Shown: positions 9,722 to 20,381 of the stretch, in pieces
Layout: each line of letters opens with the position of its first letter
Numbering within the stretch: position 1 is the stretch's first letter
Source: an uncultured Bacilli bacterium
GTDB taxonomy: Bacteria; Bacillota_I; Bacilli_A; RF39; UBA660
Direction of reading: 5' to 3'
Length of the DNA stretch: 57,352 nt
Assembly (NCBI GenBank): GCA_944358815.1
Contig: CALVRX010000013.1
Coordinates: 1-57,352, forward strand
The notes under the pieces: model-generated
Told to the model about the DNA's origin: nothing
Database searches by the model: none
What the model saw: only the letters and a program-made list of their open reading frames with translations
Made by a program: the position numbers and the translations under genes

Positions 9722-10981
9722 TTAATTCAAAACTTTTATATCACTTATTAAATATGGATATTCAACTTGACTAATTTTTACTAAAACCTCCTTGCCCAAA
9801 AGACTTCTATCTCCTTTTGCTTTAATAAGCAAAAAATTCCCAGTATGACCAATTAAATAACCATCATCATACACTTCTGGAATAAAGCCCTCTTCCATTC
9901 CTACATGTTTCTTCATATAATCTTCTTCAAACCGTCTAGAAAGATCAAGTAATCTTTTTACTCTATTTTTTTTAACATTACCAACCACTTTATTATCCAT
10001 TTTACTTGCCTTAGTTCCCTCCCTATCAGAATAAGGGAAAACATGTATTTTAGAAAAACCAATCTCTTTAATTGTCGAAATACTTTCTTCAAACTGTTCT
10101 TCACTCTCACCAGGAAAACCGACAATAACATCAGTAGTTATATTCATATCCGGTTTAATTTCTCTAAGTTTTTTTATTTTGTTTATAAAGTATTTCTTAT
10201 CATATTTTCTATTCATCTGTTTTAATATTTCATCACTTCCAGATTGAAGTGGTATGTGCATATGATTAACTAGTACTTTACTATTTTTAATTACATCCAT
10301 AACCTCATCATTAATCTCTGTAATTTCTATAGATGAAATTCTTAGTCTTTTTAAACCATCTAATTGCACTAAATCTTTAAGCAAATCTGCAAAACTATAA
10401 TTACCATCGTGATAATGACCTGTGTGAATACCCGTTAAAACAATTTCTTTATGCCCATTTTTTATTAATGACCTAGCTTCCTGTAGTACCTTTTCACGTG
10501 CCTTACTTCTAACATGTCCTCTTACATAAGGAATTATACAGTAAGAGCAATAATTATCACATCCATCTTCAATCTTAATATACGCTCTAGTTAAATCAAA
10601 ATTATTTAACATCATATCCTCAAAAGGAGCATCATCCATATCTTCGACCGCATATATTTTCTCCTTAAAATCATCTAAATAATTTACAATTTCACTTTTA
10701 TGTCTATTTCCAATAATAATATCCGCATCAATATTTTTATCTTTTTTATTTTGAATCATACATCCTGCTACAACCAAAATTGCCTTCGGATATTTTCTTC
10801 TCAAACTTCTAATAATTTTTCTTGACTTACTATCTGCTGTATTTGTAACTGTACAAGTATTTACCACCCAAACATCTGGATTATCTGTCCTAACATATCC
10901 ATGATTTTCCAGCAAATTAGCCATGACTTCGCTTTCATATTCATTAACCTTACAGCCTAAAGTATAAATATTATATGTCAT
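9722..10981 (-). CDS. mtaB: tRNA ms2t6A methylthiotransferase (radical SAM)
   Basis: TLGCKVN, NTCTVT, GCM, CDNYCSYC (CxxxCxxC), HVFPYSDREGT. Confidence 0.92.
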   Translation of the reverse strand: MTYNIYTLGCKVNEYESEVMANLLENHGYVRTDNPDVWVVNTCTVTNTADSKSRKIIRSLRRKYPKAILVVAGCMIQNKKDKNIDADIIIGNRHKSEIVNYLDDFKEKIYAVEDMDDAPFEDMMLNNFDLTRAYIKIEDGCDNYCSYCIIPYVRGHVRSKAREKVLQEARSLIKNGHKEIVLTGIHTGHYHDGNYSFADLLKDLVQLDGLKRLRISSIEITEINDEVMDVIKNSKVLVNHMHIPLQSGSDEILKQMNRKYDKKYFINKIKKLREIKPDMNITTDVIVGFPGESEEQFEESISTIKEIGFSKIHVFPYSDREGTKASKMDNKVVGNVKKNRVKRLLDLSRRFEEDYMKKHVGMEEGFIPEVYDDGYLIGHTGNFLLIKAKGDRSLLGKEVLVKISQVEYPYLISDIKVLN

Positions 10982-11012
10982 ATTAAACCTCCAAAAAAAT
11001 AAGCCTTAAGGC

Positions 11013-11711
11013 TTATAAATTTCTTCTAAACTCTTTAAGTGAATTTAAAAAATCCATATTTTTCTCACTTTCACTTTGTCTTTTTTCTTCATAAGCTCTA
11101 TTTATTATACCATCATTTTGACGTTTTAAAGAGCTTTTTTTACCTTCTTTTTGAATTCCAAAAATCGGTGAAATAATTTCAGAATTTTTAAATCCACGAT
11201 GTTCTTCTTTATTAGATTTCACACTCATTATCTTATCAGTATGTTCCTTATAAGTATTCATAGCATCATGTACTTTTGTATCCGCACTATCTTCTACTTT
11301 AGCTTCATATTTATCTGCTTGATGTTTTAATTTATCAGCAGCTGCCATCAATTCTTGATAACTAATAATTGCATTTTCTTCCTGTTCGCGCTCAAATTCA
11401 TCGATATTATCTTCATCTTCATTTGAATCTTCGGCAATCTCTTCTTGCTTTTCTAAATCCATACTCATTTGCGCATAAACCCGTTCTAGCTCTTCTTTAG
11501 CCTTCCTCTGTTCCTCGGTAAGTTCCTTTTTTTCCTCTACCTCATCATCTAAATCATCTTCATTATCAAATCTTTCATCTTCACTTATCGGTAAAACTCT
11601 ATTTTTATTAATAATTGCTCTAAAAATAAGTGCTACAACCACTAAAATAACTACCAAAATAGCACCAATAATCATCAAATCTCTATCCGCAATTTCAAAT
11701 AAAATATTCAT
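11013..11711 (-). CDS. Hypothetical membrane-anchored acidic coiled-coil protein
   Basis: N-terminal TM, Glu/Asp-rich body, FKNSEIISPIFG motif, FLNSLKEFR C-terminal helix. Confidence 0.75.
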   Translation of the reverse strand: MNILFEIADRDLMIIGAILVVILVVVALIFRAIINKNRVLPISEDERFDNEDDLDDEVEEKKELTEEQRKAKEELERVYAQMSMDLEKQEEIAEDSNEDEDNIDEFEREQEENAIISYQELMAAADKLKHQADKYEAKVEDSADTKVHDAMNTYKEHTDKIMSVKSNKEEHRGFKNSEIISPIFGIQKEGKKSSLKRQNDGIINRAYEEKRQSESEKNMDFLNSLKEFRRNL

Positions 11712-11899
11712 ACAATCCACTCCATTTTATACCATAAGCGAAATAAAAAACAAAATATTTTGTTTTTCTAACTTAGCTTACACACTATATACAGTTTACC
11801 ACAAACATTATCCTTTTTCAAACATTTTGTCATATATTTTTATTTTAACCCAAATAACTTTTTTATACCAAGTTCCACAAAAATAAAATTTTACTATCT

Positions 11900-12649
11900 T
11901 TAACGCCTATATCCATAATATGAATCAAAATCATCATAATCATGATAGCCATTGGCTGTATAATTATTACCATATCCATTATAATTATTACCACCCAAAT
12001 TTAAAATAAGTGAAACTATAAACACTAAAACTATACAAAATAACGCTGTAAGTAAATAAACATAACCATGCCTATTTTTATCTTTTACACCTAAATATTC
12101 CAATCCTCTATATATATAAAGCATATTTAAAACATAACCCAATACTAAAATACAAAGTCCAAACATAGGAATAATAAACATTAAAATAGCTGCAATAATT
12201 AAACTGACAATCGGAATAACCGCATTAATTCCATAGAAAACTACATACTTTTGAAAACTCTTATCACCTTTAAATATAATACCATTAACTATATACAAAA
12301 AACCTATATAAATAATCGAACCCAAAATACCTCCAGCTAAAGAAGCTAAAAATATTTGTAAAAATGGAACAGTAAATGAATAATGAACACCCACTACATT
12401 AATTGTCACATTACTTACTAATGATAAAACAAAAAATGCCACAGCTATACTTAAAATACCAATCAAAATTAAACCAATCTTAAAGTATTTATCCATAGTA
12501 TATTTTTTTATTGTATCAATTGGTTTAATAAACATCCCTTTGACAATATCTAAAAAATCATTTTTTCTTTCCTCTTGTTGTTTTATTTGGCAAGTGCAAA
12601 CTTCACCATCCTCTAATTTTCTACCACAATGAATACAATATTTTGCCAT
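11900..12649 (-). CDS. Zinc-ribbon/Yip1-like multi-pass membrane protein
   Basis: CIHCG...CTC N-terminus and about five TM helices. Confidence 0.7.
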   Translation of the reverse strand: MAKYCIHCGRKLEDGEVCTCQIKQQEERKNDFLDIVKGMFIKPIDTIKKYTMDKYFKIGLILIGILSIAVAFFVLSLVSNVTINVVGVHYSFTVPFLQIFLASLAGGILGSIIYIGFLYIVNGIIFKGDKSFQKYVVFYGINAVIPIVSLIIAAILMFIIPMFGLCILVLGYVLNMLYIYRGLEYLGVKDKNRHGYVYLLTALFCIVLVFIVSLILNLGGNNYNGYGNNYTANGYHDYDDFDSYYGYRR

Positions 12650-12661
12650 ATTTAAACCTCC

Positions 12662-13828
12662 TTAAAATCTTGAAAATAAACTAACCAAACTAGAAAAATC
12701 TTTTAATTTAAAACCATCTTTATAATCATAAGTTAAATACATTATATCATCACCAGAACCATCTATATCATCGTCAGATAAATAACCATCAGCTGTATAT
12801 TGATAATCTGCATCTACAGTCACTTTTAAATAACCATTTTCCAAAACTTCTATCTCTTCAATATTTATATCCTTAAAATCAATTTTTTGTAAATGACTAT
12901 CGCTAATAGTTTCCCTAAACTTGTCATAAGATTGTTTTAAATCACCATCTTCAAAATTCATATCATCAAAAGATTTATCCCCGATAGCTGATTCATATAA
13001 TGTTTTAATATCATCTGATAGTGTCTTTAAAAGTTCCTTTTCATCCTTATCTTTTAATTCAATATCATTCATAAGCGATTTAGTACTACTAACATCTAAC
13101 TTACCATCTAAAATAAGCCCATTTTTTAAAGTCATTTCGACATCGTATATTCCTTTGAATAAAGACGGAATTTCATAAACATCATACTGCTTATTTTTAC
13201 TATTTTTCAAATACTTTTTTCCCACTTCAATGCCATCTAATTTTAAACCTACTCCCTTTAAAACTTCTATTTCATAATTTTCTTCTACTAAAGAACTACC
13301 TTCACTAATTTTCCAATTAGGAAAAATCAAAAATTTATTTTTTTTATTTTTTACCAAATAAATTGTCTGTGTTAAAGGAGTTTGTCTTCCTTCTAAAATA
13401 TAACTAATTTCCACTTGTGCAGATAAACCATCACTTGAAATATCCTGACTTATTACTTGATAATTCATCAGATCCAACCCCGACTCTTCATCGTGAATCA
13501 TCTTTTCAAAAATATCTTTAGTAGTAAATTCACTCTTCGGAAAACTGATATAATCATATATCTTATCGCTATCCGCATCCATAACCGCCTTAAAATAATT
13601 TACAGCTACATTTGCCGGTTTAAACTGATTACTCAAAATTAAACCACCACCAATTAAAATAATAGCTATAATACTAATTACAATAATGATTATTAAATTT
13701 TTTTTATTTAACTTCTTTCTAGGAGCCTTTGGTAAAATAATTTTTTCTTCTTCCTTAATTTCCGTACCACAAAATTCACAAAATTTCGCACTATCTTTAT
13801 TTTTTTTACCACATTTTGGACAAAACAT
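12662..13828 (-). CDS. Zinc-ribbon membrane protein (TcaA-like architecture)
   Basis: MFCPKCG...FCEFCG, single TM, extracellular domain with KFLIFPNWKI. Confidence 0.7.
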   Translation of the reverse strand: MFCPKCGKKNKDSAKFCEFCGTEIKEEEKIILPKAPRKKLNKKNLIIIIVISIIAIILIGGGLILSNQFKPANVAVNYFKAVMDADSDKIYDYISFPKSEFTTKDIFEKMIHDEESGLDLMNYQVISQDISSDGLSAQVEISYILEGRQTPLTQTIYLVKNKKNKFLIFPNWKISEGSSLVEENYEIEVLKGVGLKLDGIEVGKKYLKNSKNKQYDVYEIPSLFKGIYDVEMTLKNGLILDGKLDVSSTKSLMNDIELKDKDEKELLKTLSDDIKTLYESAIGDKSFDDMNFEDGDLKQSYDKFRETISDSHLQKIDFKDINIEEIEVLENGYLKVTVDADYQYTADGYLSDDDIDGSGDDIMYLTYDYKDGFKLKDFSSLVSLFSRF

Positions 13829-13876
13829 AAATCTTACTCCTTTCTACAAACATTATAGACTATCTAAAATTTTTTA

Positions 13877-14764
13877 TCAATTATTTTTTAAATACTTATC
13901 AAATCCATCTGTTTTTACTATCTCATTACCATCTATCCACATTGCTTCACTACTATAATCCAAAGCCATCTTTTTTCCTTCATCAATATCCATTAAAAAT
14001 AAACTATTAACAAGCATATTTGCCGTTAAATTATCACTAGAAATGACTATAACACCATCATATTTACTTTCCTTTTTAGAAGTTTTTGGATTAACCATAT
14101 ATGCTTCAAATTTATTAGTATTATATCTGCTCGCCATACTTTTATTTTCCAAATAAACCACTTCTAATATCCCATTACTATTTGGTTTATTAATGCTAAC
14201 CTTAAAATTACCACTATCATAATACTCACCAGCCGATATATCACCATTTTCAGACACAATATATTTTTTTATATCGTTTTGTTTAAAATAATTTAAAACC
14301 TCATTAGTCGCATAACTGCCAATCACATTGTCAAAATTAAAATTAAATTTTTCTTTTAATACACCATCTTCGGTATCTAATTTTTCAATCATACTTTTAA
14401 ACTGAAAATCTTCACCATTTTTTAATTTTCTTAAAAGTTCCCCACTCGTTATATCTACATAACCATTTGTTTTATAATAAAGAATTTTTCCATATTCTAA
14501 TAAAGTCTTCTCACTTTCATTAATCTTGCCAAATAAATTATTAACACCTTCATATTTTTGAAATATATTATTAATCTCCCTTGTTAACTTATTATGATTA
14601 ACAGTGTCATACACTTTAAAAGTAATTTTTTCACCATAATAATTAAAAGTTTCTATGTATGGACTTTTTTTATAAAAAAATAAGCTCCATACTACCCAAA
14701 TTACTAAAATAATTATAATCAATAAAATAATATAATTTCTCTTATCCACTATTTTTTGAAACAT
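13877..14764 (-). CDS. apbE: FAD:protein FMN transferase (ApbE family, divergent)
   Basis: TNGYVDITSG, ENGDI, MVNPKT and TANMLVNSLFLM resemble ApbE motifs; N-terminal TM. Confidence 0.7.
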   Translation of the reverse strand: MFQKIVDKRNYIILLIIIILVIWVVWSLFFYKKSPYIETFNYYGEKITFKVYDTVNHNKLTREINNIFQKYEGVNNLFGKINESEKTLLEYGKILYYKTNGYVDITSGELLRKLKNGEDFQFKSMIEKLDTEDGVLKEKFNFNFDNVIGSYATNEVLNYFKQNDIKKYIVSENGDISAGEYYDSGNFKVSINKPNSNGILEVVYLENKSMASRYNTNKFEAYMVNPKTSKKESKYDGVIVISSDNLTANMLVNSLFLMDIDEGKKMALDYSSEAMWIDGNEIVKTDGFDKYLKNN

Positions 14765-14815
14765 AAAATCACCACTTAAAGTATAACAAAAGACCCTACT
14801 TATACGCAAGGTCAA

Positions 14816-15829
14816 TTATTTTATTAAATCTTTTTCTAAAACATATTCATAAACTTTTTTAAGTTTATATCCAATTTTTTTAATATCTCTAGCTTTAGCT
14901 ACTTTATAACCTTCTTCAGTTAAATCTGGTAATTTATCCTTTAAAATAAGTTTTATTTTATATTCAAAATCATCGACATTTTTAGCCTTATAAACATTAA
15001 CCCCATCTTTAAGCCAATCGTCATATATAGGAATATCACTAATTAAAGTCTTTGCCTTCATAGCTAAAGCCTCTAATAACACTATACCTTCTGTCTCTTC
15101 CTTAGTTGGAAAAATATATAAATCACATCCTTGATAAGCATCTTTTAACTCGATACTCGGAATATATCCTGGAAAATAAACATTATCTGTTTTATTTTTA
15201 ATTGCATCACTAATTTTAAGTGGAATAAGTGCTGGTTTCGTATAACCAAACCAAATAAACTTATACTCAGGCATCCTTCTAGCTAACTCCAAAAATTCTA
15301 AAATTCCTTTTCTTTCAATATAAAGTCCTACTGCCATAATGACCTTATCATCATCACTAAAACCATATTTTTTTCTAAACCTTTCTCTACCACCTTTGGA
15401 TGGTTTAAAAAATTCTAAATCAATTCCATTAGAAATTGGAATAATCTCTTTTCCTAAATCATATTTTTCTAAAACTCTTTTAGAATATTCTGTCGGCGTA
15501 ATAAGTAAATCAGCCGAACCATAACATAGCTTTAACCATTGACGAAATATCGGTGATACATTATTAGAAAGTTTAAAAGAATTACGAAAATCTTCTTCCG
15601 TCGAATGCGCATGAAAAATAACTTTTTTTCCCATCTGTTTACATTTCTTAGCTAACCTTAACGACTCTGGAAAAATCGTATTAATATGTGCAATATCAAA
15701 ATCATCGTTAGGATCAGTAGTATAAGGCACATGTACTAAATCTAAAGCCTTCTTTTGATGAACAATTGCTTGACCAACACCACTTTTTTCAACATCTTTA
15801 TACTTACCAGTATGCAGTAATATTTTCAT
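14816..15829 (-). CDS. Glycosyltransferase family 4 (diacylglycerol glucosyltransferase-like)
   Basis: KSGVGQA, HAHSTEEDFRNSF, EETEGIVLLEALA. Confidence 0.85.
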   Translation of the reverse strand: MKILLHTGKYKDVEKSGVGQAIVHQKKALDLVHVPYTTDPNDDFDIAHINTIFPESLRLAKKCKQMGKKVIFHAHSTEEDFRNSFKLSNNVSPIFRQWLKLCYGSADLLITPTEYSKRVLEKYDLGKEIIPISNGIDLEFFKPSKGGRERFRKKYGFSDDDKVIMAVGLYIERKGILEFLELARRMPEYKFIWFGYTKPALIPLKISDAIKNKTDNVYFPGYIPSIELKDAYQGCDLYIFPTKEETEGIVLLEALAMKAKTLISDIPIYDDWLKDGVNVYKAKNVDDFEYKIKLILKDKLPDLTEEGYKVAKARDIKKIGYKLKKVYEYVLEKDLIK

Positions 15830-15839
15830 AAATCTCCTC

Positions 15840-16061
15840 CTAGACATTCACATTTACTAGTATAACATCTTTACCAATCTTGTCAATCTGCGACCATTTT
15901 ATCTTCGAAACACCACCACTAAAAAATATAAATTTTCTCTTTTGAACACTCATCTCTATTACTCTACCTTCTTTATCTAAACTCACATCAATAATCGAGC
16001 CAATCTTTTTTCCATCAAAAACATTAATAATATCTTTCGTTTGTAAATCAGACAGCATCAT
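15840..16061 (-). CDS. ylmC: YlmC/YmxH PRC-barrel sporulation protein
   Basis: LSDLQTKDIINVFDGKKIG...IKWSQIDKIGKDVILV. Confidence 0.9.
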   Translation of the reverse strand: MMLSDLQTKDIINVFDGKKIGSIIDVSLDKEGRVIEMSVQKRKFIFFSGGVSKIKWSQIDKIGKDVILVNVNV

Positions 16062-16112
16062 AAAAACCCACCCCTATAATTTTATTAAACATAAAAAAAG
16101 AAAATGACAAAA

Positions 16113-16862
16113 TCACTTTCTTAATTTCTTAATTTTAGCTTCTTTAACTAACTCTTCAAATAATGGTAAATTTTTATCTTCTAACTCTGGATGAAATTGT
16201 ACCCCAATTGCAAACCAATCAGGATTGCTACTTTCTATTGCCTCAATATTTCCATCACAGCTTCTGCCAACTACCTTAAAAAAATGCTCTTTATTTGTCT
16301 CTAATACTCTATCCTTCGCACACCATCCATGAACTGACGGCATATCTAAATATGTCTCATTAAAAATACGCGCTAACCTTGAATCATTTGCCAACAACAC
16401 TTCATGTTTAGACTTATCTATCTGCTTTAAACTAAATGGATTAAGCTCATCGTGACCAGATTTTTTATAAATAAAATTAACTTCATCTTCCGGCTTAAAA
16501 AAATGACTAATCTCCTTATATGTTGGTTCACTTTCTCCAAACTCTTCTCTTACCCATTCATATCCAACCATAGTTTGCAGTCCCATACATATTCCAAGCA
16601 TCGGTTTTTCCTTTTGCAAAGCATAATGTACCGCATTAATATTAGATGAATAAATAAAAGATCCACCTTGAAATATAAAACCATCACACAAATCTAAAAT
16701 ATCTGTATTAAACTCATTATTTGGAAAAATAACACCTAAAGGAATGCCACCAGCTTCAACTATCCTTTTAGGATAAGACTCATTAAAAGATGTCTTTGTT
16801 GCAAAAGGATTATTTTCATCATTAACCCTATTTGAAATAATTCCAATTATTGGCTTTTCCAT
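16113..16862 (-). CDS. Peptidase C26 / gamma-glutamyl hydrolase (class I glutamine amidotransferase fold)
   Basis: KPIIGI, AGGIP, LGICMGLQ (catalytic Cys), GVQFHPE. Confidence 0.85.
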   Translation of the reverse strand: MEKPIIGIISNRVNDENNPFATKTSFNESYPKRIVEAGGIPLGVIFPNNEFNTDILDLCDGFIFQGGSFIYSSNINAVHYALQKEKPMLGICMGLQTMVGYEWVREEFGESEPTYKEISHFFKPEDEVNFIYKKSGHDELNPFSLKQIDKSKHEVLLANDSRLARIFNETYLDMPSVHGWCAKDRVLETNKEHFFKVVGRSCDGNIEAIESSNPDWFAIGVQFHPELEDKNLPLFEELVKEAKIKKLRK

Positions 16863-16864
16863 AA

Positions 16865-18346
16865 TTATCTTCCTCCAACTACTTTTGATTTTTCAAAATT
16901 ATTTCTAACATCATCAGCTAATGCAACGTTCATCTCAAGCTGAGCTTTACGCATCAAAACATTTTTAGCTAATCTAAGTTTTAATAAAGTATAAATTTGT
17001 GATTCCTTTAAAGTATTTGTAATTCTAGTAAAAGGTGCACTATTAACAACATTACCATCTTTATCAAGTACTTTAGAAATCTTACCAGCTACCTTCAATT
17101 TAGTACCATCTGCAAAATAATTACCACAATCTACAATCTTAAATTTTGTATTATCGATAACAACTTCTCTTTCAGTTTCATCAGAAAATGGATTACCTAA
17201 AATATTAGCTGTTATTCCATTTTGTAAATCAAACGTCGCCCAAGTCCCAGTAAAACCGGCAATTGAAAATGACTCATTTCCCATCGCGTCAACCATTTCA
17301 TTACATCTAATACCTTCAGGATGTTTATAATAAACTCCCATACCTCTATTGACATTTTGAATACCCGTTACTATACCATCTTTATTTTTCTTAAAATAAA
17401 TAGTTCCATCTGAATTAAACAAAATAGGTGTATCTAAAGCTGGTGTTACCATATTAATAATTGATTTATGTGATAAAAAACCATTATTTAATTTTTCAAA
17501 TAATTTCACTAAATCTTTAGATGTACTAAAAATACCCGCATGACCTGGATATAGTCCATATCTTTCCATTACTCTAGCTTTTGGATCATTTATATCCTCA
17601 CCCACTCTCATTCCAGTCAAAACACCAAAACTTCTATCATAACTAGTTTGTAAAAGTCCCATTTCATCATTAAAATATTTTTTAAAATACTCGTCAGATT
17701 CCGGTAATAAATCCTTTAAAATAATAAACGGTATATCACTATAAATAAACGTTTTATCCTTAATTAATTTAGTACTTGATAACCTTCTTTGAAGCTCCTC
17801 TAAAGAAAGTTTTCCATCTTTTTCATCAAGCCTACCATCAGTTCTAAGCTCATAATAAAACTTAGCCATTTGCTCTACTGGAATTCTAAGTTCACTGTAC
17901 TTACCATTTTTATAATCAGAAACATTCTTTTCTAAAGAAAATTTACCTTCTTCGGCTAATTTTAAAGCCTCAATAGTTGTAAATAATTTAGTACAGCTAG
18001 CCAAATCAAAACGAGTTTCTTCGTCAATATTTTGCCCATTCTTTTTAGTCTTACCATCATAAGTATAAATAGAAACACCACTTTTAACATCCTTCATACC
18101 TGTACTAAGACCTGGCACCAACATACTAATACCTTTAACATTTTTTAAATAATCAGCAATAATATAATCATATATTTCATTTGAACCTCTATTCATCATA
18201 GATAGCAAATCACTTTTTTCTTCATCAAACATATCAACTAAATAACGATATTCCTTTAACTTACCATTTTTAATAAGTTCCGCAATTAGCTTATATTCCT
18301 CTTCTGTAATTATTCCCAAATATTCTTGCTCCGTCATTTTATTCAC
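16865..18346 (-). CDS. Beta-lactamase-related serine hydrolase
   Basis: FDLASCTK (SxxK), FIYSD, PGHAGIFST, AGFTGT; no signal peptide. Confidence 0.8.
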   Translation of the reverse strand: MNKMTEQEYLGIITEEEYKLIAELIKNGKLKEYRYLVDMFDEEKSDLLSMMNRGSNEIYDYIIADYLKNVKGISMLVPGLSTGMKDVKSGVSIYTYDGKTKKNGQNIDEETRFDLASCTKLFTTIEALKLAEEGKFSLEKNVSDYKNGKYSELRIPVEQMAKFYYELRTDGRLDEKDGKLSLEELQRRLSSTKLIKDKTFIYSDIPFIILKDLLPESDEYFKKYFNDEMGLLQTSYDRSFGVLTGMRVGEDINDPKARVMERYGLYPGHAGIFSTSKDLVKLFEKLNNGFLSHKSIINMVTPALDTPILFNSDGTIYFKKNKDGIVTGIQNVNRGMGVYYKHPEGIRCNEMVDAMGNESFSIAGFTGTWATFDLQNGITANILGNPFSDETEREVVIDNTKFKIVDCGNYFADGTKLKVAGKISKVLDKDGNVVNSAPFTRITNTLKESQIYTLLKLRLAKNVLMRKAQLEMNVALADDVRNNFEKSKVVGGR

Positions 18347-18377
18347 CTTTTTCTTTAAAACAAATTTTCAAAAAGAT

Positions 18378-18405
18378 ATTATAACATCAATTTTAAATAT
18401 GTCAA
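18378..18405 (-). promoter_or_regulatory. Sigma-A promoter for the serine hydrolase-peptidase C26 pair
   Basis: Minus strand TTGACA-16 bp-TATAAT with extended TG. Confidence 0.65.
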
Positions 18406-18421
18406 ATTGACACTATTTGGT

Positions 18422-18964
18422 TTAACTATACAATAAAAATAAATAAATACCATAAATCAAAATATATATTAATATATTCATTAACACCAAAAACATTCCA
18501 TGAACTTCATGTGAAGCTAAAACATCCCTATAATTTTTATATTTTTTCTTTATCTTTTCTATATCTTTTTTATCTAAAAACAAAACAAATGAATTTAAAA
18601 CACCAGCCATTATAAATCGCACAAAAATCCATAATATAATGCTCAAAGTTAAAGCAAAAAGTAACTGAAAATCCGCTGCAAACATCTCAAAAAAATTAAA
18701 TACTAAAACAAAAAGACCAAATTCTAAAAAAGATAATAAAAAACCAATTATAAAATGTCCTTTATATGTCACATAAAGACTTCCTAATAAAAAGGGAATC
18801 ATTAAATTTTTATTTTGTAAAGCTCCATTATAATTTTTTTCATAAAGCTCTAAATCCGATTTCTGATTATCATAATCATATTTAACATAATTACCATTTT
18901 CCATATAACCACACTTTATACATACCTTACCTTGTAATACACTACCGCATTTTGGACACCGCAT
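18422..18964 (-). CDS. Zinc-ribbon membrane protein
   Basis: MRCPKCG...CIKCG plus 3-4 TM helices; AGGTGA RBS. Confidence 0.7.
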   Translation of the reverse strand: MRCPKCGSVLQGKVCIKCGYMENGNYVKYDYDNQKSDLELYEKNYNGALQNKNLMIPFLLGSLYVTYKGHFIIGFLLSFLEFGLFVLVFNFFEMFAADFQLLFALTLSIILWIFVRFIMAGVLNSFVLFLDKKDIEKIKKKYKNYRDVLASHEVHGMFLVLMNILIYILIYGIYLFLLYS

Positions 18965-19021
18965 AATATCACCTATCTTTATTTTAACAAAGAAAAAGGA
19001 AAAAGCATACTCCAAGTATAC

Positions 19022-19795
19022 CTATTTAATCATTTTTTTAATCTTTGAAAGACCATTTTTTTCTAAACGCGAAATTTGTGCCTGACTAATACCAATCTCT
19101 TCAGCCAGTTCCGTCTGCGTTCTGCCCATCATATATCTTTGAATAATGATATACTTTTCCTTATCTTTAATTTTCCTCAAGGCATTTCTAAGCGCAATCT
19201 TCGTTTCTAAATCATACATGCCATCCTCACTAGATAATTGATCAGCCAAATAAATCACATCACCTCCATCACTATAAATAGGTTCAAACATACTAACCGT
19301 ATCTTTAAGTGAATTAAGTGCCTGCACTACCTCCCATTCAGCCACATTAAGTTCTTTAGCTATTTGTGCCGTTGAAGGTTCTTGATTATTAGTAAATGTC
19401 AATTCATCTTTTACTTTTAAAGCTCTATAAGCCAAATCTTTAATACTCCTAGAAACTCTTAAACTGCTATTATCTCTCAAATACCTTTTAATTTCTCCAA
19501 GTATCATTGGTACAGCATACGTACTAAATCGTACTTCGTGACTCAAATCGAAATTATCTATTGCCTTAATAAGTCCAATAACCCCAACTTGAAATAGATC
19601 ATCTAAATTATCTACTCTAAATGTAAAATTTTTAAGTACTGATAATACTAATTTTAAATTACCATTAATCAGCTCCTCTTTGACTTTTAAATCACCACTT
19701 TGATATTTCTTAAATAATTCTATTTGCTGTTCTAAACTCAAAACTTTAATATTCGCAGTATTCACGTTCGCAATTTCTACTTTGCCCCGTGCCAT
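19022..19795 (-). CDS. sigG: Forespore sigma factor G
   Basis: KVEIANVNT, GNLKLVLSV, DDLFQVGVIGL, RYLRDNSSLRVSRSIKD, GISQAQISRLEK. Confidence 0.95.
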   Translation of the reverse strand: MARGKVEIANVNTANIKVLSLEQQIELFKKYQSGDLKVKEELINGNLKLVLSVLKNFTFRVDNLDDLFQVGVIGLIKAIDNFDLSHEVRFSTYAVPMILGEIKRYLRDNSSLRVSRSIKDLAYRALKVKDELTFTNNQEPSTAQIAKELNVAEWEVVQALNSLKDTVSMFEPIYSDGGDVIYLADQLSSEDGMYDLETKIALRNALRKIKDKEKYIIIQRYMMGRTQTELAEEIGISQAQISRLEKNGLSKIKKMIK

Positions 19796-19838
19796 AAATT
19801 TCTCCTTTCACCCATATCATGGGAAAAAAGAAAATTTT

Positions 19839-20381
19839 TTAAACAAATAATTTTAAAATTATCAAAATTAAAATGAGTGGTATTATAAAAATTAATAAAG
19901 ATAAAATTCTTTTTTTATTTTCTAATTTAAATATATATAAACATTTATATAAAACAAATAAATATAAAATACTAATCAAAATCAATAAAATGTAAGCTAT
20001 CAAAAAAGATATATTTAAAAAAACAATACCACCTAAAAATCCTAATATCAAAATAATATTTAATATACTAAATAAATTAAAAACATCTATATACCTCTTT
20101 TTTAAATAAATACTTAAAATTAATGAAACTATCAAAATAAAACCTAAAGCTATCAAAAAAATAATTATAAAATATTTAACTGTATCTGGTTTTTCTGCCG
20201 ATAAAGTAATATATGGTCCTAAAACAGAAGTATTTTCTAAAAACTTTTCCTCTGCCATCATAAATATTTTACTTTTTAATAAAGCATAAAAAATTCCCAT
20301 CACTAATGCCATAACACCAGTTATCATAACAGAAATTAAAAACCAATTTTTCTGCATATACTTTTTTACAATATTAATCAT
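19839..20381 (-). CDS. Hypothetical integral membrane protein
   Basis: About five TM segments; overlaps the PAP2 stop codon. Confidence 0.65.
   Translation of the reverse strand: MINIVKKYMQKNWFLISVMITGVMALVMGIFYALLKSKIFMMAEEKFLENTSVLGPYITLSAEKPDTVKYFIIIFLIALGFILIVSLILSIYLKKRYIDVFNLFSILNIILILGFLGGIVFLNISFLIAYILLILISILYLFVLYKCLYIFKLENKKRILSLLIFIIPLILILIILKLFV

Noticed and set aside
16865-18346. Calling the SxxK protein an antibiotic-resistance beta-lactamase
   Set aside because: No signal peptide, and its motifs (YSD, GHAG, GFTG) fit the broader esterase/peptidase family.
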